DNA of 64,000 nt from an uncultured Pseudomonadota bacterium (GTDB lineage: Bacteria; Myxococcota_A; UBA796; SXON01), in the NCBI GenBank assembly GCA_903844155.1, contig CAIMSU010000103.1, forward strand, positions 2,491 through 66,490, read 5' to 3'. The position numbers and the translations under genes are program-made. Below the pieces are notes generated by a model, which saw nothing but the letters and a program-made list of their open reading frames with translations, was not told where the DNA came from and did not search any database. Positions 28,304 to 37,939 of this stretch are shown here, in pieces. Numbering within the stretch: the first letter of the stretch is position 1; each line of letters begins with the position of its first letter.

Positions 28304-30677
28304 GCGCGTCGCCGCCTTCCTCGGCGTTGGCGGGACGGAAGTCGCGGACGTAGCGCGAGGCCGGGAGCCAGCGGCGGACGGCCTCCTTCAGCACCCCGGT
28401 GCCGTGGCCGTGGAGCAGGAAGACGACGCCGGTGCGGTTCGTGTGGCTGTCGAAGAACGGCTCGATGGCGTTGAGCGCCTCGTCGACCCGAAAGCCACGG
28501 AGATCGAGGGTGTTTGGCGCGACGGCCACGTGGACACCTGCCAGCGGCTCCATCTGCGACGCCGTCTTTGCCGCCGCGACAATGACACGCGCGTGATGCC
28601 GCTTCTCGCCCCCGCCCATCGCCGAGAGCTCGGCCAGGCCCACCCAGCTCGCCATCCCCCTGGAGGAGACCTTCGCCTTCTCCCTCGCGATCTCGACGAC
28701 GTCGACCACGCCGAGGAGCGCGTGACGCACGCGCTGCCCCACAACCAGCGCCTCCGTCGGCGGACTCGCGACGGGGACCGGCGCCGCCACGGCACCCTCG
28801 TCGCCCGCTACCGCCACGGCCCGCAAGCGACGCAGCGCCTCGTTCGCGCCGCGCAGGCTAGGATCGGCCTGCAACGCCGCGACCAGCGCCTTCACCTCGT
28901 CCTCGCGCTCGCGCATCCGCGCCCGGGCCTTGTCGACCTCCTCGGCCACGGCCCGCTCGATCCGTCGCGCCAGCACCGCCTCCCGCGCCGCCATCGTCGC
29001 CATCTGCTCGGCGACCGTCGCGCGCTCAGCCCGCAGCCGCTCGGTCTCGCGCCGCGCCTGGCCACGCTCCTCGTCCAACGCCTCCAATTGCCGCGCCAGC
29101 GCCCTCGCCGCCTCGTCCATCACCCCCTCGGCCCGCTCCAACACGGCCTCCGGCATGCCCATCTGCCGGGCGATCGCGAGCGCGTGCGAAGCCCCTGGCG
29201 CGCCCGTCTCCAGACGGAACGTCGGGCGTCCATCCACGAATTGTGCGGCGGCGACGGCGAACCTCAGATCCGCGAGCGCCAACCCCTTCATCTCGGGAAA
29301 GTGGGTCGTGACCGCCACGCGCGCGCCGGCGTCGACGAGCGCCTCGACCACCGCTCGCGCGAGGGCCGCACCCTGCGTCGGGTCGGTGCCGGCCGTGATC
29401 TCGTCGATGAGGACGAGGGCGCCCGGCCTCGCGGTGGCGATGGCGCGCGTGAGGGACTGGACGTGCGCGGAGAACGTGGAGAGGCCGTCCGCGACCGACT
29501 GCTGATCGCCAATGTCGGCGAAGATCGGGTCGAAGACGTCAACGCGGGCGCCTGGAGCGCAAGGCAACGGGAGCGCCGCGCGGACGAGGACGGCGAGGAG
29601 GCCGAGGGTCTTGAGCGCGATGGTCTTGCCGCCAGCGTTCGGTCCGGTGAGGACGAGGCCGGGCGTTCGAGGCGTCAATTCCAGGTCGTTGCCGACGACG
29701 TTGCGGGCGAGCGGGCGCTCGGGGGTTGGCAGCGCCGCCAGCGCGAGCAGCGGGTGCCGCGCGTCCTTCACGGTGAGGACGCCGTCGGTCTGCACCTGTG
29801 GCAGCGTTCCGGCCAGCCGCGACCCAAATCCGACCCGCGCGCACACGAGATCGAGCCGCACCGAGGCTGCCAGTGAGGCCAGGATCGGGGCTCGTCCGCG
29901 CCCGACCTTGTCCGAGAGCTCCCCGAGGATCCGGCGTTCCTCGCGGTACAGCGCCGACTCCGCCTCGGTGAGATCGTTGTGCAGCTCCACCACCGCCGCG
30001 GGCTCGACGTAGCTGGTCTCGCCGGACTGCGAGGTGCCGTGAACGATGCCAAGTCCGCGTCGAAAGCTCGATTTCACGGGGAGGACGAAGCGGCCGTTCC
30101 GCTCGGTGACGTAGCGGTCCTGGAGCATCGCGCCGAGGCCGTCATCGCGGATCAGCTCGTCGAGGGTGGCCTGGATGCGGGTTCGGAGGCTCTCCTTTCG
30201 GCGACGCAGCTCGTCAAGGAGCGGGTACTCGACGCCGGACAGCTGGCCGAGGGCGTCGAAACTACGGCGCAACAACGCCAGCAGTTCCGCGTTGACGTCG
30301 ATGGGGTGAGCGACGAGGAAGACGGCCGGAGCTTCGTCTGCGACTGACTCGGCCCAGCGGCGCAGGATCGACAGGCCCTCCAGCCCGCCGGCGACGGCGC
30401 GGAGGTCCTCACATTCGAGCGTCAGCCCGCGGCCAGCCCGCTCCACGGCGCCGCCGATGTCCAGTACGCCACCGACGGGACATCGCAGTCCGCCGCGTTC
30501 AAGCTCCCAGAGTTCGCGCACCTCCTGGTACGCCGCGCGAATGGCCGACGCGTCCGAGAGCAACGGCCAGGTCGCAGCCGCCCGCGCGCCCGCAAGCGTG
30601 CGACAGCCCGCCGCCAACGCCACGAGGACGTCGGGCCAGCCGAGCACGAGGAGCGAGCGTTCGAGGTCCGGGGACAT
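28281..30677 (-). CDS. mutS2: Endonuclease MutS2 with Smr domain
   Basis: TGPNAGGKT, DIGDQQS...LSTFSAH, LIDE..GTDP, TTH, LDLRG, HGHGTG.L. Confidence 0.95.
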   Translation of the reverse strand: MSPDLERSLLVLGWPDVLVALAAGCRTLAGARAAATWPLLSDASAIRAAYQEVRELWELERGGLRCPVGGVLDIGGAVERAGRGLTLECEDLRAVAGGLEGLSILRRWAESVADEAPAVFLVAHPIDVNAELLALLRRSFDALGQLSGVEYPLLDELRRRKESLRTRIQATLDELIRDDGLGAMLQDRYVTERNGRFVLPVKSSFRRGLGIVHGTSQSGETSYVEPAAVVELHNDLTEAESALYREERRILGELSDKVGRGRAPILASLAASVRLDLVCARVGFGSRLAGTLPQVQTDGVLTVKDARHPLLALAALPTPERPLARNVVGNDLELTPRTPGLVLTGPNAGGKTIALKTLGLLAVLVRAALPLPCAPGARVDVFDPIFADIGDQQSVADGLSTFSAHVQSLTRAIATARPGALVLIDEITAGTDPTQGAALARAVVEALVDAGARVAVTTHFPEMKGLALADLRFAVAAAQFVDGRPTFRLETGAPGASHALAIARQMGMPEAVLERAEGVMDEAARALARQLEALDEERGQARRETERLRAERATVAEQMATMAAREAVLARRIERAVAEEVDKARARMREREDEVKALVAALQADPSLRGANEALRRLRAVAVAGDEGAVAAPVPVASPPTEALVVGQRVRHALLGVVDVVEIAREKAKVSSRGMASWVGLAELSAMGGGEKRHHARVIVAAAKTASQMEPLAGVHVAVAPNTLDLRGFRVDEALNAIEPFFDSHTNRTGVVFLLHGHGTGVLKEAVRRWLPASRYVRDFRPANAEEGGDALTVVRLA

Positions 30678-30776
30678 GGTGGGGGCGGCGGTATCAAGGC
30701 TGGAGGCTGGAGGGGGGCATCACGCGGGCCCCAAGCCGCAGAACCGGACCCGCTCGGACGCGGTAATTAGGTTGGC

Positions 30777-31466
30777 ATGCCCGTCCCCGTCGCCGCTCAC
30801 CCGCTCCTCGTCGCGCGTTTCCTTTCGGTCCAATTTCCGCGCCCTCTCGGGGACCTCGCCGACCCGCTCATCAGCGCCCTACTGGCCCTCGACAGCGCGG
30901 AGCTCGTCGCCGAATACGTCTCGATGTTCGACGGCGAACCGATCACCAGCGCCGTCGGTCCCTCCGGCGATCCGCTGCGGCTCGCGATCCGCGACCTCCT
31001 CCGACACGGAGGCTTCAAGCCCACCGGCCGCTCCAAGCCCGCCTCCGAGTACCTCCTCAAGGCCGCCGCCGACGGCTTCCTCAACCCCATCAACGCCGCA
31101 GTCGACGCCTGCAACGCCGTTTCGCTACACAGCGGCTTCCCGATCTCGGTCGTCGACCTCGACCGCACCTCCGGCCCGCTGCGCATCGCCGTCGCCCCCG
31201 ACCCGGCAGGAAGTGCCGTCGACTTCGTCTTCAACGCCTCCGGCCAGACCATCGACATCGACGGTCTGCTCTGCCTTTTCGACGATGACGGCCCCTGCGC
31301 GAACGCCGTCAAGGACGCGCAGCGCACGAAGACCACGAACGCGACGACGCGCACCCTCTCCGTGATCTGGGGCGTGCGCGGCCATGAACCGCGCCTCGAC
31401 CTGACCGCGAGGTGGTACGCCGCCCTCCTTCGTCAGCTCGGCGCGGAGGTGACGTGCGCCCCCTGA
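30777..31466 (+). CDS. Stand-alone PheT B3/B4 domain protein
   Basis: KPTGRSKPASEYL, INAAVDACNAVSL..G.PISV.D. Confidence 0.88.
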   Translation: MPVPVAAHPLLVARFLSVQFPRPLGDLADPLISALLALDSAELVAEYVSMFDGEPITSAVGPSGDPLRLAIRDLLRHGGFKPTGRSKPASEYLLKAAADGFLNPINAAVDACNAVSLHSGFPISVVDLDRTSGPLRIAVAPDPAGSAVDFVFNASGQTIDIDGLLCLFDDDGPCANAVKDAQRTKTTNATTRTLSVIWGVRGHEPRLDLTARWYAALLRQLGAEVTCAP

Positions 31467-32119
31467 CGCCACGGCTCGCGATGGTCGCCGACGAGGTTCG
31501 CCGATGTACCACTTCTGCAGAGAGCAATTGTGGTACATCGCCGCTCGTCGTCGACGTGGGGTGTGACCACGCGGGGCTCTCCCTCACGTTGCTCCACGAG
31601 GGGCTGCCTGCGCGGATCGTAGCAGTAGATTGCAACGCCGCGCCGTGCGCCCGAGCCCGCGCGAACGCCCTGGCCCTCGGCCTGCCGCTCGACGTCCGGC
31701 AGGGCGGGGGGCTCGATCCGGTCGAGGGATTCGTCGAGGTGGTCAGCATGTGCGGCGTCGGGTCGGGGACGGCGGTGGAGGTGCTGGAGGGGGCGCGGGA
31801 TCGCGTTGGCGCGGCGGTGGTGCAGCCCAACGACGATGGAGCGGGCGTGCGCGCTTGGGCCCGGGGCGCGGGGTGGCGGGTTGCGCGCCAGCGGGCGGTC
31901 TGGGATCGGGGGCGGTACTACGGGGCGCTGGTGCTGGCGCCGGGGGCCTACGATCTCGACTACGCCGAGCTCATGTGGGGAGTCGGAGCGCAGGTGGACC
32001 GGGAGGCGCTGGGGCGACGGCTGCGGGGTGAGATCGCGCGACTTGGCGCGTTTCCGGCGAAGGAAATGGAGCTGCGGTGGGCGAAAGAGGCGTTGCGGCG
32101 CCTGGGACTGCCAGGTTGA
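31454..32119 (+). CDS. trmK: tRNA (adenine22-N1)-methyltransferase-like protein
   Basis: LTPRL..VA, DVGCDHA.L, GGGLDP, CGVG, VQPN, RYY; GGAGG RBS before GTG 31454. Confidence 0.8.
   Translation: MRPLTPRLAMVADEVRRCTTSAESNCGTSPLVVDVGCDHAGLSLTLLHEGLPARIVAVDCNAAPCARARANALALGLPLDVRQGGGLDPVEGFVEVVSMCGVGSGTAVEVLEGARDRVGAAVVQPNDDGAGVRAWARGAGWRVARQRAVWDRGRYYGALVLAPGAYDLDYAELMWGVGAQVDREALGRRLRGEIARLGAFPAKEMELRWAKEALRRLGLPG
31502..31540 (+). repeat. Palindromic element copy 1, in frame inside trmK
   Basis: CGATGTACCAC-TTCTGCAGAGAGCAATT-GTGGTACATCG; 11-bp arms; exactly 13 codons (RCTTSAESNCGTS). Confidence 0.85.
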
Positions 32120-32146
32120 CCGGGCCGCGGACGGGCTGCGAGGGAG

Positions 32147-32183
32147 GATGTACCACAATTGCTCTCTGCAGTTGTGGTACATC
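32147..32183 (-). repeat. Palindromic element copy 2
   Basis: GATGTACCACAA-TTGCTCTCTGCAG-TTGTGGTACATC; reverse complement differs from copy 1 at 2 of 37 positions. Confidence 0.85.
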
Positions 32184-32228
32184 GGCCGCGGCCACGATGG
32201 CGCAGAAGATGCACGGGTCGCCGGTCAT
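32184..32228 (-). pseudogene. HIT-family N-terminal remnant
   Basis: MTGDPCIFCAIVAAA with ATGA coupling to the upstream gene; stops resembling HIT at the palindrome; no HxHxH motif. Confidence 0.55.
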
Positions 32229-32692
32229 GGTCCGAGCAGCTCGCGCAACCTCGCCGCCCCAACACCTCGCAATTCTTCGGATTTCTTGCCCGTCAACTTC
32301 GCCAGCACCTTCACCGGGTCCGCCTCCTCCTGCTTGAGCGCGCGGTAGGCCTTCTCGTTCAGGTCCAGCGCCGCAAACCGCTCTTTCACCAGCTCCCAGG
32401 CCTTCTTCTCGCGCTCGCCCAAAAACTGCTCCTTGAGCTTGAGCAGCGCCGCGGCCTCCCGCGTCCGCCCCGCCGCCTTCAACTCCTTGCACCGCACGTC
32501 CGACCGCGACGTGAGCTGGCCGATCGAGGCCTCCTTCGGGATCTCGACGCGTTGGGCTCGCAATTCCGCGATCCACGCGCTGCTTAGCGGATCCGGCAGC
32601 AATGCGGTGGCGACGGGCGGATCCGCGGGCTTCGGGGCTGGCAGTCCCTTGTCGGCGAGCGCGCCGAGGAGGGCGTTTTTGAGGTCGGACAT
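32225..32692 (-). CDS. Hypothetical helical protein
   Basis: MSDLKNALL...; Lys/Glu-rich with typical codon usage. Confidence 0.75.
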   Translation of the reverse strand: MSDLKNALLGALADKGLPAPKPADPPVATALLPDPLSSAWIAELRAQRVEIPKEASIGQLTSRSDVRCKELKAAGRTREAAALLKLKEQFLGEREKKAWELVKERFAALDLNEKAYRALKQEEADPVKVLAKLTGKKSEELRGVGAARLRELLGP

Positions 32693-32728
32693 GGGCGGCT
32701 GGTAACCGACGCGTGGTACCCTCAGCGG

Positions 32729-33192
32729 ATGGTGACGGCGCTGCTCCTCCTCGCTGCATTTCCGAGCGCGGAGGCTGAGACGCCGGACTCCCGCGACCCC
32801 TTCGTCGCGCCGCAACCCGGCGAACTCTCGGGGTGCACCCTGGTCGGCACCGCGTGGAGCGACGGATCCCGGGCGGCCCGAAACCCGTGATCGACACCGA
32901 CGGCCCCGGCTGGCTCCCCGGCTATCCGCTCCAGAGCGACACGCTCGTCGGCACCGAGCTCGGCGGGAGCGCGCCCGCCGCGCTGATCATCGACCCCTCC
33001 GGGACCGCGCATACCCTGCGCCTCGGCGCGTACATCGGTCAGAACTGGGGCACCGTTACGGCGATCGGTCCGGAGAGCATCACCGTCACCGAGGAATACC
33101 AGGCCATCGACGGCGTCCTCGTCGTCAACCCGATCGTGATCCCGCTGGGCCGGGCCGCCCCTCCGGTTGCGCCCGCGCCGCCTTCCCGTTAG
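32729..33192 (+). pseudogene. pilP: PilP-like type IV pilus protein, split or frameshifted
   Basis: Signal and RDPF in 32729-32890; YPL...LVGT...ALIIDPSG...GAYIGQNWG in another frame from 32887. Confidence 0.6.
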
Positions 33193-33320
33193 CCCCCGCG
33201 GCCGCCCATCCTGGGCGACCCGCGCCGGCCCGCGATGCCCATCCTGGGCTTCCAAGGTACCCCCGACGCGGATCTCTTGAGCCTCGCAAGGGCTCGTTTC
33301 GCACCCAAGGAGCCATACAC

Positions 33321-33938
33321 ATGGCACGTTATCGTGGACCGCGGCTGAAGAAATGCCGTCAGGTGGGCGTGGTGCTTCCCGGACTCACCAATGCTGGCTC
33401 GCTCAAGCGCGCCAACCCTCCGGGACAGCACGGCGCTCGTCGCAAGTCAAAATCGTCGGACTTCAAGGAGCGCCAGACCGAGAAGCAGAAGCTGCGCCTG
33501 CACTTCGGCGTGCTCGAGAAGCAGTTCCGCCGCTACGTCACCGAGGCCAGCCGGCGCAAGGGCCCGACCGGGCGCATCCTCATCACGCTGCTCGAGTCCC
33601 GGCTCGACAACATCGTGTGGCGCCTTGGCCTCGCCGAGACCATCCCCGGCGCGCGCCAGCTCGTCGTGCACGGGCACATCACCTGTGACGACGTGCGTAC
33701 CGACCGCCCCAGCTTCCACGTGAAGCCCGGCATCGTCGTTGCGATCCACCCGAAGTCGCGCGAGAAGCCCTTCATCCAGGCCAAGCTTGAGCACGCGAAC
33801 AGCCGCGTTCGCCCCGGCTTCCTCGAGTTCGACCCGGCCAAGGCCGCGGGCAAGCTCGTCGTCCAGCCGGAGCGCGAAGACCTGCCGTTCGAGTGCGATC
33901 CCCAGAAGATCGTCGAGTTCTACTCGCAGCAGATCTGA
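33321..33938 (+). CDS. rpsD: 30S ribosomal protein S4
   Basis: MARYRGPRLK, PPGQHG, EKQKLR, LESRLDN, ARQLVVHGH, IVEFYS. Confidence 0.97.
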   Translation: MARYRGPRLKKCRQVGVVLPGLTNAGSLKRANPPGQHGARRKSKSSDFKERQTEKQKLRLHFGVLEKQFRRYVTEASRRKGPTGRILITLLESRLDNIVWRLGLAETIPGARQLVVHGHITCDDVRTDRPSFHVKPGIVVAIHPKSREKPFIQAKLEHANSRVRPGFLEFDPAKAAGKLVVQPEREDLPFECDPQKIVEFYSQQI

Positions 33939-33975
33939 CCCTCAGCCGTCCTGCGGGCGGTCTGGCCTCGGCCGG

Positions 33976-34419
33976 TCAGCCTCGCGGGATTCGTGGGTAC
34001 TCGCCTGCGACCGGAGCCGTCCACGCGTTCGCGCGCTGGGCGGCTTCTGCATTCGGAAGGTCCGCGGCGGCATAAAATGCGTCCGCCTCGGCCAGCAACC
34101 CGGCGACGTCAACCCCGTCCCGCGGGCTCGCGCAGGCGACGAGCTTTTCGTGCGCCTTCTCCCATTGTCCACGTGCGCCGCGGGGATTGCCGCGTCGCCA
34201 GTGCTCGAAGCTCACGGCGAGCTGGATGAGGCCCTGCACAAAGCGGCGATCGCCGCCAGTGCGTTCACGGCCCTCCGCGGGCGCTCCCGCGAGCGCGTGC
34301 CAGAGCGACTCCCAGACCTCGTGGGCCTCAAAAAACTCGCCGGCGTCAAAATGCGCGCGGGCGGCCTGAAAACGGGGGTCCGCCGAGGGAAACGGTGGAG
34401 GTGGTCCGTGGTCCTTCAT
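33976..34419 (-). CDS. DUF309 family protein
   Basis: FDAGEFFEAHEVWESLW, QGLIQLAV..H..RGN..GA. Confidence 0.9.
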   Translation of the reverse strand: MKDHGPPPPFPSADPRFQAARAHFDAGEFFEAHEVWESLWHALAGAPAEGRERTGGDRRFVQGLIQLAVSFEHWRRGNPRGARGQWEKAHEKLVACASPRDGVDVAGLLAEADAFYAAADLPNAEAAQRANAWTAPVAGEYPRIPRG

Positions 34420-35498
34420 GCGGTTGAACCGGCACTTTGGGCGACCCGCGCCACGTCCGGGCGACGGTCGGCGCGCCAGGGGGCGGGATCCTCGCCGAGC
34501 GCGATGAGGACGCCCAACGCGTGCGCAGCGGCAACGTCCGGGGCGGTCGCCACGGCGTCGCGCAGGGCGGGAATGGCGACGGCGCCGTACTTCCAGAGGG
34601 CGTCCATGGCCGCGAGGTAGAACCCGCCGAACGCCGAGCCGGTGGTGTTTCCGAGGTAGGAGACGAGGGTTGGGACGGCCGCGAGGTCGCCAAGCTCGCC
34701 AAGCGCCCAGATCAGGTTCGTTCGAACCGGGTACTGGATGCCCATGCCGGCGCCGGGGCGGCCCTCAAAGTCGAGCGCCTCGTCCTTCAGCGCGCGCAAA
34801 AGCACGGGTGTACCCTCCCGAAGCCCGATCCGGCCGATGGCGGTGGCGGCGAGGCGACGCTGCGTGAAGCCGCGGCCGGGGTCGACGTCCGTGGCGCGCA
34901 GCGCGTCGACGAGGAGGGGCAGGGCGCGGGGGTCAGCGGAGAGGCCCAGCGCGTTGAAGATGACGTGCTGTTCGCGGCGGCCGGCGACCGCGAGCGATGC
35001 GGCGAGCGCCCCGTAGTCGCGCTCAGGCTGGTCGAGGGCCAGGGCGAGGCGCTCGGGGAGCGGGGGAACGTCGAACGCGAGGCGGCGAGGGCCGCCGACG
35101 GTCGGGTAGGTCCGACGGTCGCGGGCGTCGAGGAGGGCGATGGCGACGGTGCGAGCGGCGATGGCGTCGGGTGAGCAACGGACGGTCGCGAGGGCGACGG
35201 CGAGGGCGTCCTCATCGCGACCGCGGGTGGAGCGGGCGCGGGAGAGCGCGGGCAGGGAGCGAGCGTCTCCACGTCGCCCGAGGGCGCGGGCGGCGGCTCG
35301 GGTCACGGCGGCACGGTCGTCGGCAAGCTGCGCTTCGATGAACTCCCGGGCTTGATCCTCGGGACGCACGGCGAGAGCGGACACGGCGAGGACGGCGAGG
35401 CGCTCAGTGCCGCGGCGGATGGCGCGCGCCAGCCCGAGGCCGTCAAGCTCGCCCAGCCCGCGGCCGGTCAGCAGGCGGTCGGCGAGCGGGATCGGCAT
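34416..35498 (-). CDS. HEAT-repeat protein
   Basis: Repeated AA.ALG..GD..A.P.L units. Confidence 0.8.
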   Translation of the reverse strand: MPIPLADRLLTGRGLGELDGLGLARAIRRGTERLAVLAVSALAVRPEDQAREFIEAQLADDRAAVTRAAARALGRRGDARSLPALSRARSTRGRDEDALAVALATVRCSPDAIAARTVAIALLDARDRRTYPTVGGPRRLAFDVPPLPERLALALDQPERDYGALAASLAVAGRREQHVIFNALGLSADPRALPLLVDALRATDVDPGRGFTQRRLAATAIGRIGLREGTPVLLRALKDEALDFEGRPGAGMGIQYPVRTNLIWALGELGDLAAVPTLVSYLGNTTGSAFGGFYLAAMDALWKYGAVAIPALRDAVATAPDVAAAHALGVLIALGEDPAPWRADRRPDVARVAQSAGSTA

Positions 35499-35548
35499 GG
35501 CGACAGCGTAGCGCGCGGGACCGGCCCGAACCGGCGCGCGTCAAACGA

Positions 35549-36622
<1,074 letters not shown>

Positions 36623-36729
36623 TGGGACGATCCGGTTCGGGCGCGCCGCTAACGCCGAAAATCCACTGCGCAAGTGGGGGGCGGCGAATTCGCTGGCAGG
36701 ACGGCCGGCGGGCGGTGTAGGCTGCTCCG

Positions 36730-37245
36730 ATGTGGCTGTTGATCGCGCTCGTGGGCTGTCTGGCGACCGGTGGAGGCTCGGCCGCAGACACCGCGACGTG
36801 CTCATACGCGGAAAACAGCGCAGAGTCGGACGACTGTTGCTGGCAGGACCGGGTGACGATGGCGTCGGTCCGCTTGATCGCCGACGCGGATGCACCATCG
36901 GCAGCCGGCGGCGCGCCCGAACTCACGACCATCACGACGCAGGCCGGGCTGGATGCCTGGTGGACGTCGACGGGGCTGACGCCGACGGGATCGATAGCCT
37001 TTGGCGGCGAGATCGGCGTGGGGTTCATCGGGCACGTCGAACCCGGCTGCCAGGACCGGCAATTGGTGGGGGTTCGGATCGGCGACGCCCCAGACACATG
37101 GTTCGCCGGGGTGCAACAGGACTCAACCTGCGAGGCGTACGACACGGCCACGTGCCCTGGACCCGGCACGCCGCATGCGACGCTCTACGCCGTGCCCCCC
37201 GGCGAGGTGTCGGAGTGCGACTTCGGGAGCTTCTGCGACGGGTGA
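36730..37245 (+). CDS. Cys-rich hypothetical lipoprotein
   Basis: LIALVGC lipobox; multiple Cys. Confidence 0.6.
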   Translation: MWLLIALVGCLATGGGSAADTATCSYAENSAESDDCCWQDRVTMASVRLIADADAPSAAGGAPELTTITTQAGLDAWWTSTGLTPTGSIAFGGEIGVGFIGHVEPGCQDRQLVGVRIGDAPDTWFAGVQQDSTCEAYDTATCPGPGTPHATLYAVPPGEVSECDFGSFCDG

Positions 37246-37270
37246 CGATGCCTGATACGGTGCTCCTCCG

Positions 37271-37299
37271 GCAATTCATATCAGCCTGATATGAATTGC
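37271..37299. repeat. AT-rich perfect palindrome
   Basis: GCAATTCATATCAG-c-CTGATATGAATTGC, 14-bp arms, between convergent genes. Confidence 0.8.
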
Positions 37300-37417
37300 G
37301 GGATGAGGATTGTCACGTCGGGAGCCGCGCGAGGGGGCAAAGGGGAGCGGGAGCGACCGCGCGGGATGCCGGATCGGAGAGGATGAGCCCAGAAAAAGCC
37401 TGGAAAACCCGCCCAGA

Positions 37418-37939
37418 TCACCGCTCGCAGCGGTCCTCGAACGCCCACGTGAACGTGAACGACCCTGAGCCGGTGCAGCCCCAATCGGCGACCGGTCGCG
37501 ACCATGAACCGTGTTTTTCGTCGGTGACGACGAGGTCCGCTGTGTTGGGGTACCCGCCACCGGGCAGCCGGCTGACGACCGCGCCCGACGCGTCCTCAAG
37601 CCCCGACTCGCCCGCATAATCGGCGTTCGGCGCGGATGGATCCCACGGCGGATGGAACGAGGCGTAACCGAAGATCCCAGCGACCTCGGCGGACCCGCAG
37701 GTTGTGACGATTGGGACGTCAAAGAGGATCTGTTCGTCGCCGTTGACGAGGATCGCGGCGTTGGACGGCCATGCTTGGTTGGCTTCGGCGCAGACGCTCG
37801 TGGCAACTTCGCCCTCCGCCTCCCCCGTGACCCCGTCGCCATCCCCCGTATTGATGGTGACGGTGACGGTGCCGCCGCCCCAGCCGAGGACCTCCGGCTT
37901 GCACGCGACGGGCCCACCAAAAACCAGCAGCAACGCCAT
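37418..37939 (-). CDS. Hypothetical lipoprotein
   Basis: MALLLVFGGPVAC; TGATG overlap with the dihydropyrimidinase stop. Confidence 0.6.
   Translation of the reverse strand: MALLLVFGGPVACKPEVLGWGGGTVTVTINTGDGDGVTGEAEGEVATSVCAEANQAWPSNAAILVNGDEQILFDVPIVTTCGSAEVAGIFGYASFHPPWDPSAPNADYAGESGLEDASGAVVSRLPGGGYPNTADLVVTDEKHGSWSRPVADWGCTGSGSFTFTWAFEDRCER

Noticed and set aside
31502-32183. CRISPR array or invertible segment bounded by the two palindromes
   Set aside because: Only two copies about 610 bp apart in opposite orientation, no cas or recombinase gene, and trmK reads through copy 1
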